In this document: one piece after another, positions 26,101 to 38,245 of the stretch
Position numbering within the stretch: position 1 is the first letter of the stretch
How the letters are laid out: each line of letters begins with the position of its first letter
Assembly: GCA_964016885.1 (NCBI GenBank)
Contig: OZ024741.1
Location: 249,674,001 to 249,738,000 of the forward strand
Direction of reading: 5' to 3'
DNA length: 64,000 nt
Source of the DNA: Eledone cirrhosa
Taxonomy: Eukaryota
Translations under genes and position numbers: made by a program
Notes under the pieces: model-generated
Databases searched by the model: none
What the model was told of the DNA's origin: nothing
What the model saw: the letters and a program-made list of their open reading frames with translations, nothing else

Positions 26101-27048
26101 AAAATCAGGGGGAGATAATTTGTAAAAAAAATCAGGGGTAGATAATTTGTAAAAAAAAATCAGGGGGAGATAATTTGTAAAAAAAAAATCAGGGTGAGAT
26201 AATTTGTAAAAAAATCAAGGTGAGATAATTTCAAGCCGTCCAAGGGGAGATAATTTTCAGCCGTCCAAGGAGAGGTAATTGCTAGCCGTCCAAGGGGAGA
26301 TAATTTCCAGCCGTCCAAGGGGAGATAATTTTTTTAAAAAAATCAGGCGGAGATAATTTGTAAACAAAAATCAGGGGGAGATAATTTGTAAAAAAAAATC
26401 AGGGGGAGATAATTTGTAAAAAAAAATCAGGGGGAGATAATTTGTAAAAAAAATCAAGGGGAGATAATTTCCAGCCGTCCAAGGGGAGGTAATATCTAGC
26501 CATCCAAGGGGAGATAATTTCCAGCCGTCCAAGGGGAGATAATTTCCAGCCGTCCAAGGGGAGATAATATCCAGCCGTCCAAGGAGACATATTTTCCAGC
26601 CGTCCAAGGAGAGGTAATTTCTAGCCGTCCAAGGGGAGATAAGTTCCAGCCTCCAAGGGGAGATAATTTCCAGCCAGCCAAGGGGAGATAATTTGTAAAA
26701 AAATCAGGGGGAGATAATTTGTAAAAAAAAATCAGGGGGAGATAATTTGTAAAAAAATCAGGGGGAGATAATTTGTAAAAAAAAATCAGGGGGAGATAAT
26801 TTGTAAAAAAAATCAGGGGGAGATAATTTGTAAAAAAATCAGGGGTAGATAATTTGTAAAAAAAATCAGGGGGAGATAATTTGTAAAAAAAATCAGGGGG
26901 AGATAATTTGTAAAAAAAATCAGGGGTAGATAATTTTCAGCCGTCCAAGGGGAGATAATTTCCATCCTTCCAAGGGGAGATAATTTCCAGCCGTCCAAGG
27001 GGAGATAATTTCCCGCCAGCCAAGGAGAGATAACATTTAAAAAAATCA
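21210..27048 (+). repeat. 2.92-kb tandem duplication (21210-24128 / 24129-27048)
   Basis: Shared variants AGAGAAAACATTT (22851/25771), TTTGTCAAAA, TTTCAAGCC and AATTGCTAG at a 2,919-2,920 bp offset. The junction is visible at 24129. Confidence 0.92.
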
Positions 27049-29135
27049 GGCGGAGATAATTTGTAAAAAAATCAGGGGGAGATAATTTATAAAAAAAAAT
27101 CAGGGGGAGATAATTTGTAAAAAAAATCAGGGGGAGATAATTTGTAAAAAAAAATCAGGGGTAGATAATTTGTAAAAAAAAATCAGGGGGAGATAATTTG
27201 TAAAAAAAAATCAGGGGGAGATAATTTGTAAAAAAATCAAGGGGAGATAATTTCCAGCCGTCCAAGGGGAGATAATTTTCAGCCGTCCAAGGAGAGGTAA
27301 TTTCTAGCCGTCCAAGGGGAGATAATTTCCAGCCGTCCAAGGGGAGATAATTTTTTTAAAAAAATCAGGCGGAGATAATTTGTAAACAAAAATCAGGGGG
27401 AGATAATTTGTAAAAAAAAATCAGGGGGAGATAATTTGTAAAAAAAAATCAGGGGGAGATGATTTGTAAAAAAAATCAAGGGGAGATAATTTCCAGCCGT
27501 CCAAGGGGAGGTAATATCTAGCCATCCAAGGGGAGATAATTTCCAGCCGTCCAAGGGGAGATAATTTCCAGCCGTCCAAGGGGAGATAATATCCAGCCGT
27601 CCAAGGAGACATATTTTCCAGCCGTCCAAGGTACGTAATTTCTAGCCGTCCAAGGGGACATAAGTTCCAGCCTCCAAGGGGAGATAATTTCCAGCCAGCC
27701 AAGGGGAGATAATTTGTAAAAAAATCAGGGGAGATAATTTGTAAAAAAAATCAGGGGGAGATAATTTGTAAAAAAAAATCAGGGGTAGATAATTTGTAAA
27801 AAAAATCAGGGGGAGATAATTTGTAAAAAAAATCAGGGGGAGATAATTTGTAGAAAAAATCAGGGGTAGATAATTTGCAAAAAAAATCAGGGGGAGATAA
27901 TTTGTAAAAAAAATCAGGGGGAGATAATTTGTAAAAAAAATCAGGGGTAGATAATTTTCAGCCGTCCAAGGGGAGATAATTTCCATCCTTCCAAGGGGAG
28001 ATAATTTCCAGCCGTCCAAGGGGAGATAATTTCCCGCCAGCCAAGGAGAGATAACATTTAAAAAAATCAGGCGGAGATAATTTGTAAAAAAAATCAGGGG
28101 GAGATAATTTGTAAAAAAATCAGGGGGAGATAATTTGTAAAAAAAATCAGGGGTAGATAATTTCCAGCCGTCCAAGGGGAGATAATTTCCATCCTTCCAA
28201 GGGGAGATAATTTCCAGCCGTCCAAGGGGAGATAATTTCCCGCCAGCCAAGGAGAGATAATATTTAAAAAAATCAGGCGGAGATAATTTGTAAAAAAAAT
28301 CAGGGGGAGATAATTTGTAAAAAAATCAGGGGGAGATAATTTGTAAAAAAAATCAGGGGTAGATAATTTCCAGCCGTCCAAGGGGAGATAATTTCCATCC
28401 TTCCAAGGGGAGATAATTTCCAGCCGTCCAAGGGGAGATAATTTCCCGCCAGCCAAGGAGAGATAATATTTAAAAAAATCAGGCGGAGATAATTTGTAAA
28501 AAAAATCAGGGGGAGATAATTTGTAAAAAAAAATCAGGGGAGATAATTTGTAAAAAAAATCAGGGGGAGATAATTTGTAAAAAAAAATCAGGGGTAGATA
28601 ATTTGTAAAAAAAAATCAGGGGGAGATAATTTGTAAAAAAAAAATCAGGGGGAGATAATTTGTAAAAAAATCAAGGGGAGATAATTTCCAGCCGTCCAAG
28701 GGGAGATAATTTTCAGCCGTCCAAGGAGGTAATTTCTAGCCGTCCAAGGGGAGATAATTTCCAGCCGTCCAAGGGGAGATAATTTTTTTAAAAAAATCAG
28801 GCGGAGATAATTTGTAAACAAAAATCAGGGGGAGATAATTTGTAAAAAAAAATCAGGGGGAGATAATTTGTAAAAAAAAATCAGGGGTAGATAATTTGTA
28901 AAAAAAATCAAGGGGAGATAATTTCCAGCCGTCCAAGGGGAGGTAATATCTAGCCATCCAAGGGGAGATAATTTCCAGCCGTCCAAGGGGAGATAATTTC
29001 CAGCCGTCCAAGGGGAGATAATATCCAGCCGTCCAAGGAGACATATTTTCCAGCCGTCCAAGGAGAGGTAATTTCTAGCCGTCCAAGGGGAGATGAGTTC
29101 CAGCCTCCAAGGGGAGATAATTTCCAGCCAGCCAA

Positions 29136-31650
29136 GGGGAGATAATTTGTAAAAAAATCAGGGGGAGATAATTTGTAAAAAAAAATCAGGGGGAGATAAT
29201 TTGTAAAAAAATCAGGGGGAGATAATTTGTAAAAAAAAAATCAGGGGGAGATAATTTGTAAAAAAAATCAGGGGGAGATAATTTGTAGAAAAAATCAGGG
29301 GTAGATAATTTGTAAAAAAAATCAGGGGGAGATAATTTGTAAAAAAAATCAGGGGGAGATAATTTGTAAAAAAAATCAGGGGTAGATAATTTTCAGCCGT
29401 CCAAGGGGAGATAATTTCCATCCTTCCAAGGGGAGATAATTTCCAGCCGTCCAAGGGGAGATAATTTCCCGCCAGCCAAGGAGAGATAACATTTAAAAAA
29501 ATCAGGCGGAGATAATTTGTAAAAAAAATCAGGGGGAGATAATTTGTAAAAAAATCAGGGGGAGATAATTTGTAAAAAAAATCAGGGGTAGATAATTTCC
29601 AGCCGTCCAAGGGGAGATAATTTCCATCCTTCCAAGGGGAGATAATTTCCAGCCGTCCAAGGGGAGATAATTTCCCGCCAGCCAAGGAGAGATAATATTT
29701 AAAAAAATCAGGCGGAGATAATTTGTAAAAAAAATCAGGGGGAGATAATTTGTAAAAAAATCAGGGGGAGACAATTTGTAAAAAAAAATCAGGGGGAGAT
29801 AATTTGTAAAAAAAATCAGGGGGAGATAATTTGTAAAAAAAATCAGGGGTAGATAATTTGTAAAAAAAAATCAGGGGGAGATAATTTGTAAAAAAAAAAT
29901 CAGGGGGAGATAATTTGTAAAAAAATCAAGGGGAGATAATTTCCAGCCGTCCAAGGGGAGATAATTTTCAGCCGTCCAAGGAGAGGTAATTTCTAGCCGT
30001 CCAAGGGGAGATAATTTCCAGCCGTCCAAGGGGAGATAATTTTTTTAAAAAAATCAGGCGGAGATAATTTGTAAACAAAAATCAGGGGGAGATAATTTGT
30101 AAAAAAAAATCAGGGGGAGATAATTTGTTAAAAAAAATCAGGGGGAGATAATTTGTAAAAAAAATCAAGGGGAGATAATTTCCAACCGTCCAAGGGGAGG
30201 TAATATCTAGCCATCCAAGGGGAGATAATTTCCAGCCGTCCAAGGGGAGATAATTTCCAGCCGTCCAAGGGGAGATAATATCCAGCCGTCCAAGGAGACA
30301 TATTTTCCAGCCGTCCAAGGAGAGGTAATTTCTAGCCGTCCAAGGGGAGATAAGTTCCTGCCTCCAAGGGGAGATAATTTCCAGCCAGCCAAGGGGAGAT
30401 AATTTGTAAAAAAATCAGGGGGAGATAATTTGTAAAAAAAAAATCAGGGGGAGATAATTTGTAAAAAAATCAGGGGGAGATAATTTGTAAAAAAAAAATC
30501 AGGGGGAGATAATTTGTAAAAAAAATCAGGGGGAGATAATTTGTAGAAAAAATCAGGGGTAGATAATTTGTAAAAAAAATCAGGGGGAGATAATTTGTAA
30601 AAAAAATCAGGGGGAGATAATTTGTAAAAAAAATCAGGGGTAGATAATTTTCAGCCGTCCAAGGGGAGATAATTTCCATCCTTCCAAGGGGAGATAATTT
30701 CCAGCCGTCCAAGGGGAGATAATTTCCCGCCAGCCAAGGAGAGATAACATTTAAAAAAATCAGGCGGAGATAATTTGTAAAAAAAATCAGGGGGAGATAA
30801 TTTGTAAAAAAATCAGGGGGAGATAATTTGTAAAAAAAATCAGGGGTAGATAATTTCCAGCCGTCCAAGGGGAGATAATTTCCATCCTTCCAAGGGGAGA
30901 TAATTTCCAGCCGTCCAAGGGGAGATAATTTCCCGCCAGCCAAGGAGAGATAATATTTAAAAAAATCAGGCGGAGATAATTTGTAAAAAAAATCAGGGGG
31001 AGATAATTTGTAAAAAAATCAGGGGGAGATAATTTGTAAAAAAAAATCAGGGGGAGATAATTTGTAAAAAAAATCAGGGGGAGATAATTTGTAAAAAAAA
31101 TCAGGGGTAGATAATTTGTAAAAAAAAATCAGGGGGAGATAATTTGTAAAAAAAAAATCAGGGGGAGATAATTTGTAAAAAAATCAAGGTGAGATAATTT
31201 CCAGCCGTCCAAGGGGAGATAATTTTCAGCCTTCCAAGGAGAGGTAATTTCTAGCCGTCCAAGGGGAGATAATTTCCAGCCGTCCAAGGGGAGATAATTT
31301 TTTTAAAAAAATCAGGCGGAGATAATTTGTAAACAAAAATCAGGGGGAGATAATTTGTAAAAAAAAATCAGGGGGAGATAATTTGTAAAAAAAAATCAGG
31401 GGGAGATAATTTGTAAAAAAAATCAAGGGGAGATAATTTCCAGCCGTCCAAGGGGAGGTAATATCTAGCCATCCAAGGGGAGATAATTTCCAGCCGTCCA
31501 AGGGGAGATAATTTCCAGCCGTCCAAGGGGAGATAATATCCAGCCGTCCAAGGAGACATATTTTCCAGCCGTCCAAGGATAGGTAATTTCTAGCCGTCCA
31601 AGGGGAGATAAGTTCCAGCCTCCAAGGGGAGATAATTTCCAGCCAGCCAA
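29136..31650 (+). repeat. Two adjacent canonical HOR units (1,257 and 1,258 bp; 48 monomers each)
   Basis: Z cassettes end at 29135, 30392 and 31650. Summing 9A+X+J+3A+X+J+8A+Y+J+4A+Z gives 1,258 bp. Similar units lie at 3821-5076, 14594-15852, 18045-19302 and 43565-46080 (two units). Confidence 0.93.
29930..30029 (+). repeat. Example of Y cassette (4 B monomers, 100 bp)
   Basis: Standard / ATTTTCAG / GGAGAGGTAATTTCTAG / standard, followed by a T7-A7 junction monomer and GGCGGAGATAATTTGTAAACAAAAATCA. Confidence 0.95.
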
Positions 31651-32929
31651 GGGGAGATAATTTGTAAAAAAATCAGGGGGAGATAATTTGTAAAAAAAAA
31701 ATCAGGGGGAGATAATTTGTAAAAAAATCAGGGGGAGATAATTTGTAAAAAAAAAATCAGGGGGAGATAATTTGTAAAAAAAATCAGGGGGAGATAATTT
31801 GTAAAAAAAATCAGGGGTAGATAATTTGTAAAAAAAATCAGGGGGAGATAATTTGTAACAAAAATCAGGAGGAGATAATTTGTAAAAAAAATCAGGGGTA
31901 GATAATTTTCAGCCGTCCAAGGGGAGATAATTTCCATCCTTCCAAGGGGAGATAATTTCCAGCCGTCCAAGGGGAGATAATTTCCCGCCAGCCAAGGAGA
32001 GATAACATTTAAAAAAATCAGGCGGAGATAATTTGTAAAAAAATCAGGGGTAGATAATTTGTAAAAAAAAATCAGGGGGAGATAATTTGTAAAAAAAATC
32101 AGGGGGAGATAATTTGTAAAAAAAAAATCAGGGGGTGATAATTTGTAAAAAAATCAAGGGGAGATAATTTCCAGCCGTCCAAGGGGAGATAATTTTCAGC
32201 CGTCCAAGGAGAGGTAATTTCTAGCCGTCCAACGGGAGATAATTTCCAGCCAGCCAAGGGGAGATAATTTGTAAAAAAATCAGGGGTAGATAATTTGTAA
32301 AAAAAAATCAGGGGGAGATAATTTGTAAAAAAAATCAGGGGGAGATAATTTGTAAAAAAAATCAGGGGTAGATAATTTCCAGCCGTCCAAGGGGAGATAA
32401 TTTCCATCCTTCCAAGGGGAGATAATTTCCAGCCGTCCAAGGGGAGATAATTTCCCGCCAGCCAAGGAGAGATAACATTTAAAAAAATCAGGCGGAGATA
32501 ATTTGTAAAAAAAATCAGGGGGAGATAATTTGTAAAAAAATCAGGGGGAGATAATTTGTAAAAAAAATCAGGGGGAGATAATTTGTAAAAAAAATCAGGG
32601 GTAGATAATTTGTAAAAAAAATCAGGGGGAGATAATTTGTAAAAAAAATCAGGGGGAGATAATTTGTAAAAAAAATCAGGGGTAGATAATTTCCCGCCAG
32701 GGGAGATAATTTCCCGCCAGCCAAGGAGAGATAATATTTAAAAAAATCAGGCGGAGATAATTTGTAAAAAAAATCAGGGGGAGATAATTTGTAAAAAAAT
32801 CAAGGGGAGATAATTTCCAGCCGTCCAAGGGGAGATAATTTTCAGCCGTCCAAGGAGAGGTAATTTCTAGCCGTCCAAGGGGAGATAATTTCCAGCCGTC
32901 CAAGGGGAGATAATTTTTTTAAAAAAATC

Positions 32930-35900
32930 AGGCGGAGATAATTTGTAAACAAAAATCAGGGGGAGATAATTTGTAAAAAAAAATCAGGGGGAGATAATTT
33001 GTAAAAAAAAATCAGGGGGAGATAATTTGTAAAAAAAATCAAGGGGAGATAATTTCCAGCCGTCCAAGGGGAGGTAATATCTAGCCATCCAAGGGGAGAT
33101 AATTTCCAGCCGTCCAAGGGGAGATAATTTCCAGCCGTCCAAGGGGAGATAATATCCAGCCGTCCAAGGAGACATATTTTCCAGCCGTCCAAGGAGACGT
33201 AATTTCTAGCCGTCCAAGGGGAGATAAGTTCCAGCCTCCAAGGGGAGATAATTTCCAGCCAGCCAAGGGGAGATAATTTGTAAAAAAATTAGGGGGAGAT
33301 AATTTGTAAAAAAAAATTAGGGGGAGATAATTTGTAAAAAAAAATCAGGGGGAGATAATTTGTAAAAAAAAATCAGGGGGAGATAATTTGTAAAAAAAAT
33401 CAAGGGGAGATAATTTCCAGCCGTCCAAGGGGAGATAATTTTCAGCCGTCCAAGGAGAGGTAAATTCTAGCCGTCCAAGGAGATATAATTTCCAGCCGTC
33501 CAAGGGGAGATAATTTCCAGCCGTCCAAGGGGAGATAATTTTTAAAAAAAAATCAGGCGGAGATAATTTGTAAACAAAAATCAGGGGGAGATAATTTTTT
33601 AAAAAAAATCAGGGGGAGATAATTTGTAAAAAAAAATCAGGGGGAGATAATTTGTAAAAAAAATCAAGGGGAGATAATTTCCAGCCGTCCAAGGGGAGGT
33701 AATATCTAGCCATCCAAGGGGAGATAATTTCCAGCCGTCCAAGGGGAGATAATATCCAGCCGTCCAAGGAGACATATTTTCCAGCCGTCCAAGGAGAGGT
33801 AATTTCTAGCCGTCCAAGGGGAGATAAGTTCCAGCCTCCAAGGGGAGATAATTTCCAGCCAGCCAAGGGGAGATAATTTGTAAAAAAATCAGGGGGGAGA
33901 TAATTTGTAAAAAAAATCAGGGGGAGATAATTTGAAAAAAAAATCAGGGGGAGATAATTTGTAAAAAATATCAAGGGGAGATAATTTCCAGCCCTCCAAG
34001 GGGCTATAATTTCCAGCCGTGCAAGGGGAGATAATTTCCAGCCGTCCAAGGGGAGATAATTTCCATCCTTCCAAGGGGAGATAATTTCCAGCCGTCCAAG
34101 GGGAGATAATTTCCCGCCAGCCAAGGGAAGATAATTTTTTTAAAAATCAGGCGGAGATTGTAAAAAAAATCAGGGGGAGATAATTTGTAAAAAAATCAGG
34201 GGGAGATAATTTGTAAAAAAAAAATCAGGGGGAGATAATTTGTAAAAAAAAATCAGGGGGAGATAATTTGTAAAAAAAATCAGGGGGAGATAATTTGTAA
34301 AAAAAATCAGGGGTAGATAATTTGTAAAAAAAATCAGGGGGAGATAATTTGTAAAAAAAATCAGGGGGAGATAATTTGTAAAAAAAATCAGGGGTAGATA
34401 ATTTTCAGCCGTCCAAGGGGAGATAATTTCCATCCTTCCAAGGGGAGATAATTTCCAGCCGTCCAAGGGGAGATAATTTCCCGCCAGCCAAGGAGAGATA
34501 ACATTTAAAAAAATCAGGCGGAGATAATTTGTAAAAAAATCAGGGGGAGATAATTTGTAAAAAAAATCAGGGGTAGATAATTTCCAGCCGTCCAAGGGGA
34601 GATAATTTCCATCCTTCCAAGGGGAGATAATTTCCAGCCGTCCAAGGGGAGATAATTTCCCGCCAGCCAAGGAGAGATAATATTTAAAAAAATCAGGCGG
34701 AGATAATTTGTAAAAAAAATCAGGGGGAGATAATTTGTAAAAAAAAATCAGGGGGAGATAATTTGTAAAAAAAAATCAGGGGGAGATAATTTGTAAAAAA
34801 AATCAAGGGGAGATAATTTGTAAAAAAAAATCAGGGGTAGATAATTTGTAAAAAAAAATCAGGGGGAGATAATTTGTAAAAAAAAAATCAAGGGGAGATA
34901 ATTTCCAGCCGTCCAAGGGGAGATAATTTTCAGCCGTCCAAGGAGAGGTAATTTCTAGCCGTCCAAGGGGAGATAATTTCCAGCCAGCCAAGGGGAGATA
35001 ATTTGTAAAAAAATCAGGGGTAGATAATTTGTAAAAAAAAATCAGGGGGAGATAATTTGTAAAAAAAATCAGGGGGAGATAATTTGTAAAAAAAATCAGG
35101 GGTAGATAATTTCCAGCCGTCCAAGGGGAGATAATTTCCATCCTTCCAAGGGGAGATAATTTCCAGCCGTCCAAGGGGAGATAATTTCCCGCCAGCCAAG
35201 GAGAGATAACATTTAAAAAAATCAGGCGGAGATAATTTGTAAAAAAAATCAGGGGGAGATAATTTGTAAAAAAATCAGGGGGAGATAATTTGTAAAAAAA
35301 ATCAGGGGTAGATAATTTCCAGCCGTCCAAGGGGAGATAATTTCCATCCTTCCAAGGGGAGATAATTTCCAGCCGTCCAAGGGGAGATAATTTCCCGCCA
35401 GCCAAGGAGAGATAATATTTAAAAAAATCAGGCGGAGATAATTTGTAAAAAAAATCAGGGGGAGATAATTTGTAAAAAAATCAGGGGGAGATAATTTGTA
35501 AAAAAAAATCAGGGGAGATAATTTGTAAAAAAAATCAGGGGGAGATAATTTGTAAAAAAAAATCAGGGGTAGATAATTTGTAAAAAAAAATCAGGGGGAG
35601 ATAATTTGTAAAAAAAAAATCAGGGGGAGATAATTTGTAAAAAAATCAAGGGGAGATAATTTCCAGCCGTCCAAAGGGAGATAATTTTCAGCCGTCCAAG
35701 GAGGTAATTTCTAGCCGTCCAAGGGGAGATAATTTCCAGCCGTCCAAGGGGAGATAATTTTTTTAAAAAAATCAGGCGGAGATAATTTGTAAACAAAAAT
35801 CAGGGGGAGATAATTTGTAAAAAAAAATCAGGGGGAGATAATTTGTAAAAAAAAATCAGGGGGAGATAATTTGTAAAAAAAATCAAGGGGAGATAATTTC

Positions 35901-38245
35901 CAGCCGTCCAAGGGGAGGTAATATCTAGCCATCCAAGGGGAGATAATTTCCAGCCGTCCAAGGGGAGATAATTTCCAGCCGTCCAAGGGGAGATAATATC
36001 CAGCCGTCCAAGGAGACATATTTTCCAGCCGTCCAAGGAGACGTAATTTCTAGCCGTCCAAGGGGAGATAAGTTCCAGCCTCCAAGGGGAGATAATTTCC
36101 AGCCAGCCAAGGGGAGATAATTTGTAAAAAAATTAGGGGGAGATAATTTGTAAAAAAAAATTAGGGGGAGATAATTTGTAAAAAAAAATCAGGGGGAGAT
36201 AATTTGTAAAAAAAAATCAGGGGGAGATAATTTGTAAAAAAAATCAAGGGGAGATAATTTCCAGCCGTCCAAGGGGAGATAATTTTCAGCCGTCCAAGGA
36301 GAGGTAAATTCTAGCCGTCCAAGGAGATATAATTTCCAGCCGTCCAAGGGGAGATAATTTCCAGCCGTCCAAGGGGAGATAATTTTTTAAAAAAAATCAG
36401 GCGGAGATAATTTGTAAACAAAAATCAGGGGGAGATAATTTTTTAAAAAAAATCAGGGGGAGATAATTTGTAAAAAAAAATCAGGGGGAGATAATTTGTA
36501 AAAAAAATCAAGGGGAGATAATTTCCAGCCGTCCAAGGGGAGGTAATATCTAGCCATCCAAGGGGAGATAATTTCCAGCCGTCCAAGGGGAGATAATATC
36601 CAGCCGTCCAAGGAGACATATTTTCCAGCCGTCCAAGGAGAGGTAATTTCTAGCCGTCCAAGGGGAGATAAGTTCCAGCCTCCAAGGGGAGATAATTTCC
36701 AGCCAGCCAAGGGGAGATAATTTGTAAAAAAATCAGGGGGGAGATAATTTGTAAAAAAAATCAGGGGGAGATAATTTGAAAAAAAAATCAGGGGGAGATA
36801 ATTTGTAAAAAATATCAAGGGGAGATAATTTCCAGCCCTCCAAGGGGCTATAATTTCCAGCCGTGCAAGGGGAGATAATTTCCAGCCGTCCAAGGGGAGA
36901 TAATTTCCATCCTTCCAAGGGGAGATAATTTCCAGCCGTCCAAGGGGAGATAATTTCCCGCCAGCCAAGGGAAGATAATTTTTTTAAAAATCAGGCGGAG
37001 ATTGTAAAAAAATCAGGGGGAGATAATTTGTAAAAAAATCAGGGGGAGATAATTTGTAAAAAAAAATCAGGGGGAGATAATTTGTAAAAAAAATCAGGGG
37101 GAGATAATTTGTAAAAAAAATCAGGGGTAGATAATTTGTAAAAAAAATCAGGGGGAGATAATTTGTAAAAAAAATCAGGGGGAGATAATTTGTAAAAAAA
37201 ATCAGGGGTAGATAATTTTCAGCCGTCCAAGGGGAGATAATTTCCATCCTTCCAAGGGGAGATAATTTCCAGCCGTCCAAGGGGAGATAATTTCCCGCCA
37301 GCCAAGGAGAGATAACATTTAAAAAAATCAGGCGGAGATAATTTGTAAAAAAATCAGGGGGAGATAATTTGTAAAAAAAATCAGGGGTAGATAATTTCCA
37401 GCCGTCCAAGGGGAGATAATTTCCATCCTTCCAAGGATAGATAATTTCCAGCCGTCCAAGGGGAGATAATTTCCCGCCAGCCAAGGAGAGATAATATTTA
37501 AAAAAATCAGGCGGAGATAATTTGTAAAAAAAATCAGGGGGAGATAATTTGTAAAAAAAAATCAGGGGGAGATAATTTGTAAAAAAAAATCAGGGGGAGA
37601 TAATTTGTAAAAAAAATCAAGGGGAGATAATTTGTAAAAAAAAATCAGGGGTAGATAATTTGTAAAAAAAAATCAGGGGGAGATAATTTGTAAAAAAAAA
37701 ATCAAGGGGAGATAATTTCCAGCCGTCCAAGGGGAGATAATTTTCAGCCGTCCAAGGAGAGGTAATTTCTAGCCGTCCAAGGGGAGATAATTTCCAGCCA
37801 GCCAAGGGGAGATAATTTGTAAAAAAATCAGGGGTAGATAATTTGTAAAAAAAAATCAGGGGGAGATAATTTGTAAAAAAAATCAGGGGGAGATAATTTG
37901 TAAAAAAAATCAGGGGTAGATAATTTCCAGCCGTCCAAGGGGAGATAATTTCCATCCTTCCAAGGGGAGATAATTTCCAGCCGTCCAAGGGGAGATAATT
38001 TCCCGCCAGCCAAGGAGAGATAACATTTAAAAAAATCAGGCGGAGATAATTTGTAAAAAAAATCAGGGGGAGATAATTTGTAAAAAAATCAGGGGGAGAT
38101 AATTTGTAAAAAAAATCAGGGGTAGATAATTTCCAGCCGTCCAAGGGGAGATAATTTCCATCCTTCCAAGGGGAGATAATTTCCAGCCGTCCAAGGGGAG
38201 ATAATTTCCCGCCAGCCAAGGAGAGATAATATTTAAAAAAATCAG
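32930..38245 (+). repeat. ~2.84-kb tandem duplication (second copy incomplete; boundaries approximate)
   Basis: W markers at 34000/36844. ORF-track offsets of 2,844 (32956/35800, 33609/36453) and 2,814 (34803/37617). Confidence 0.85.
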
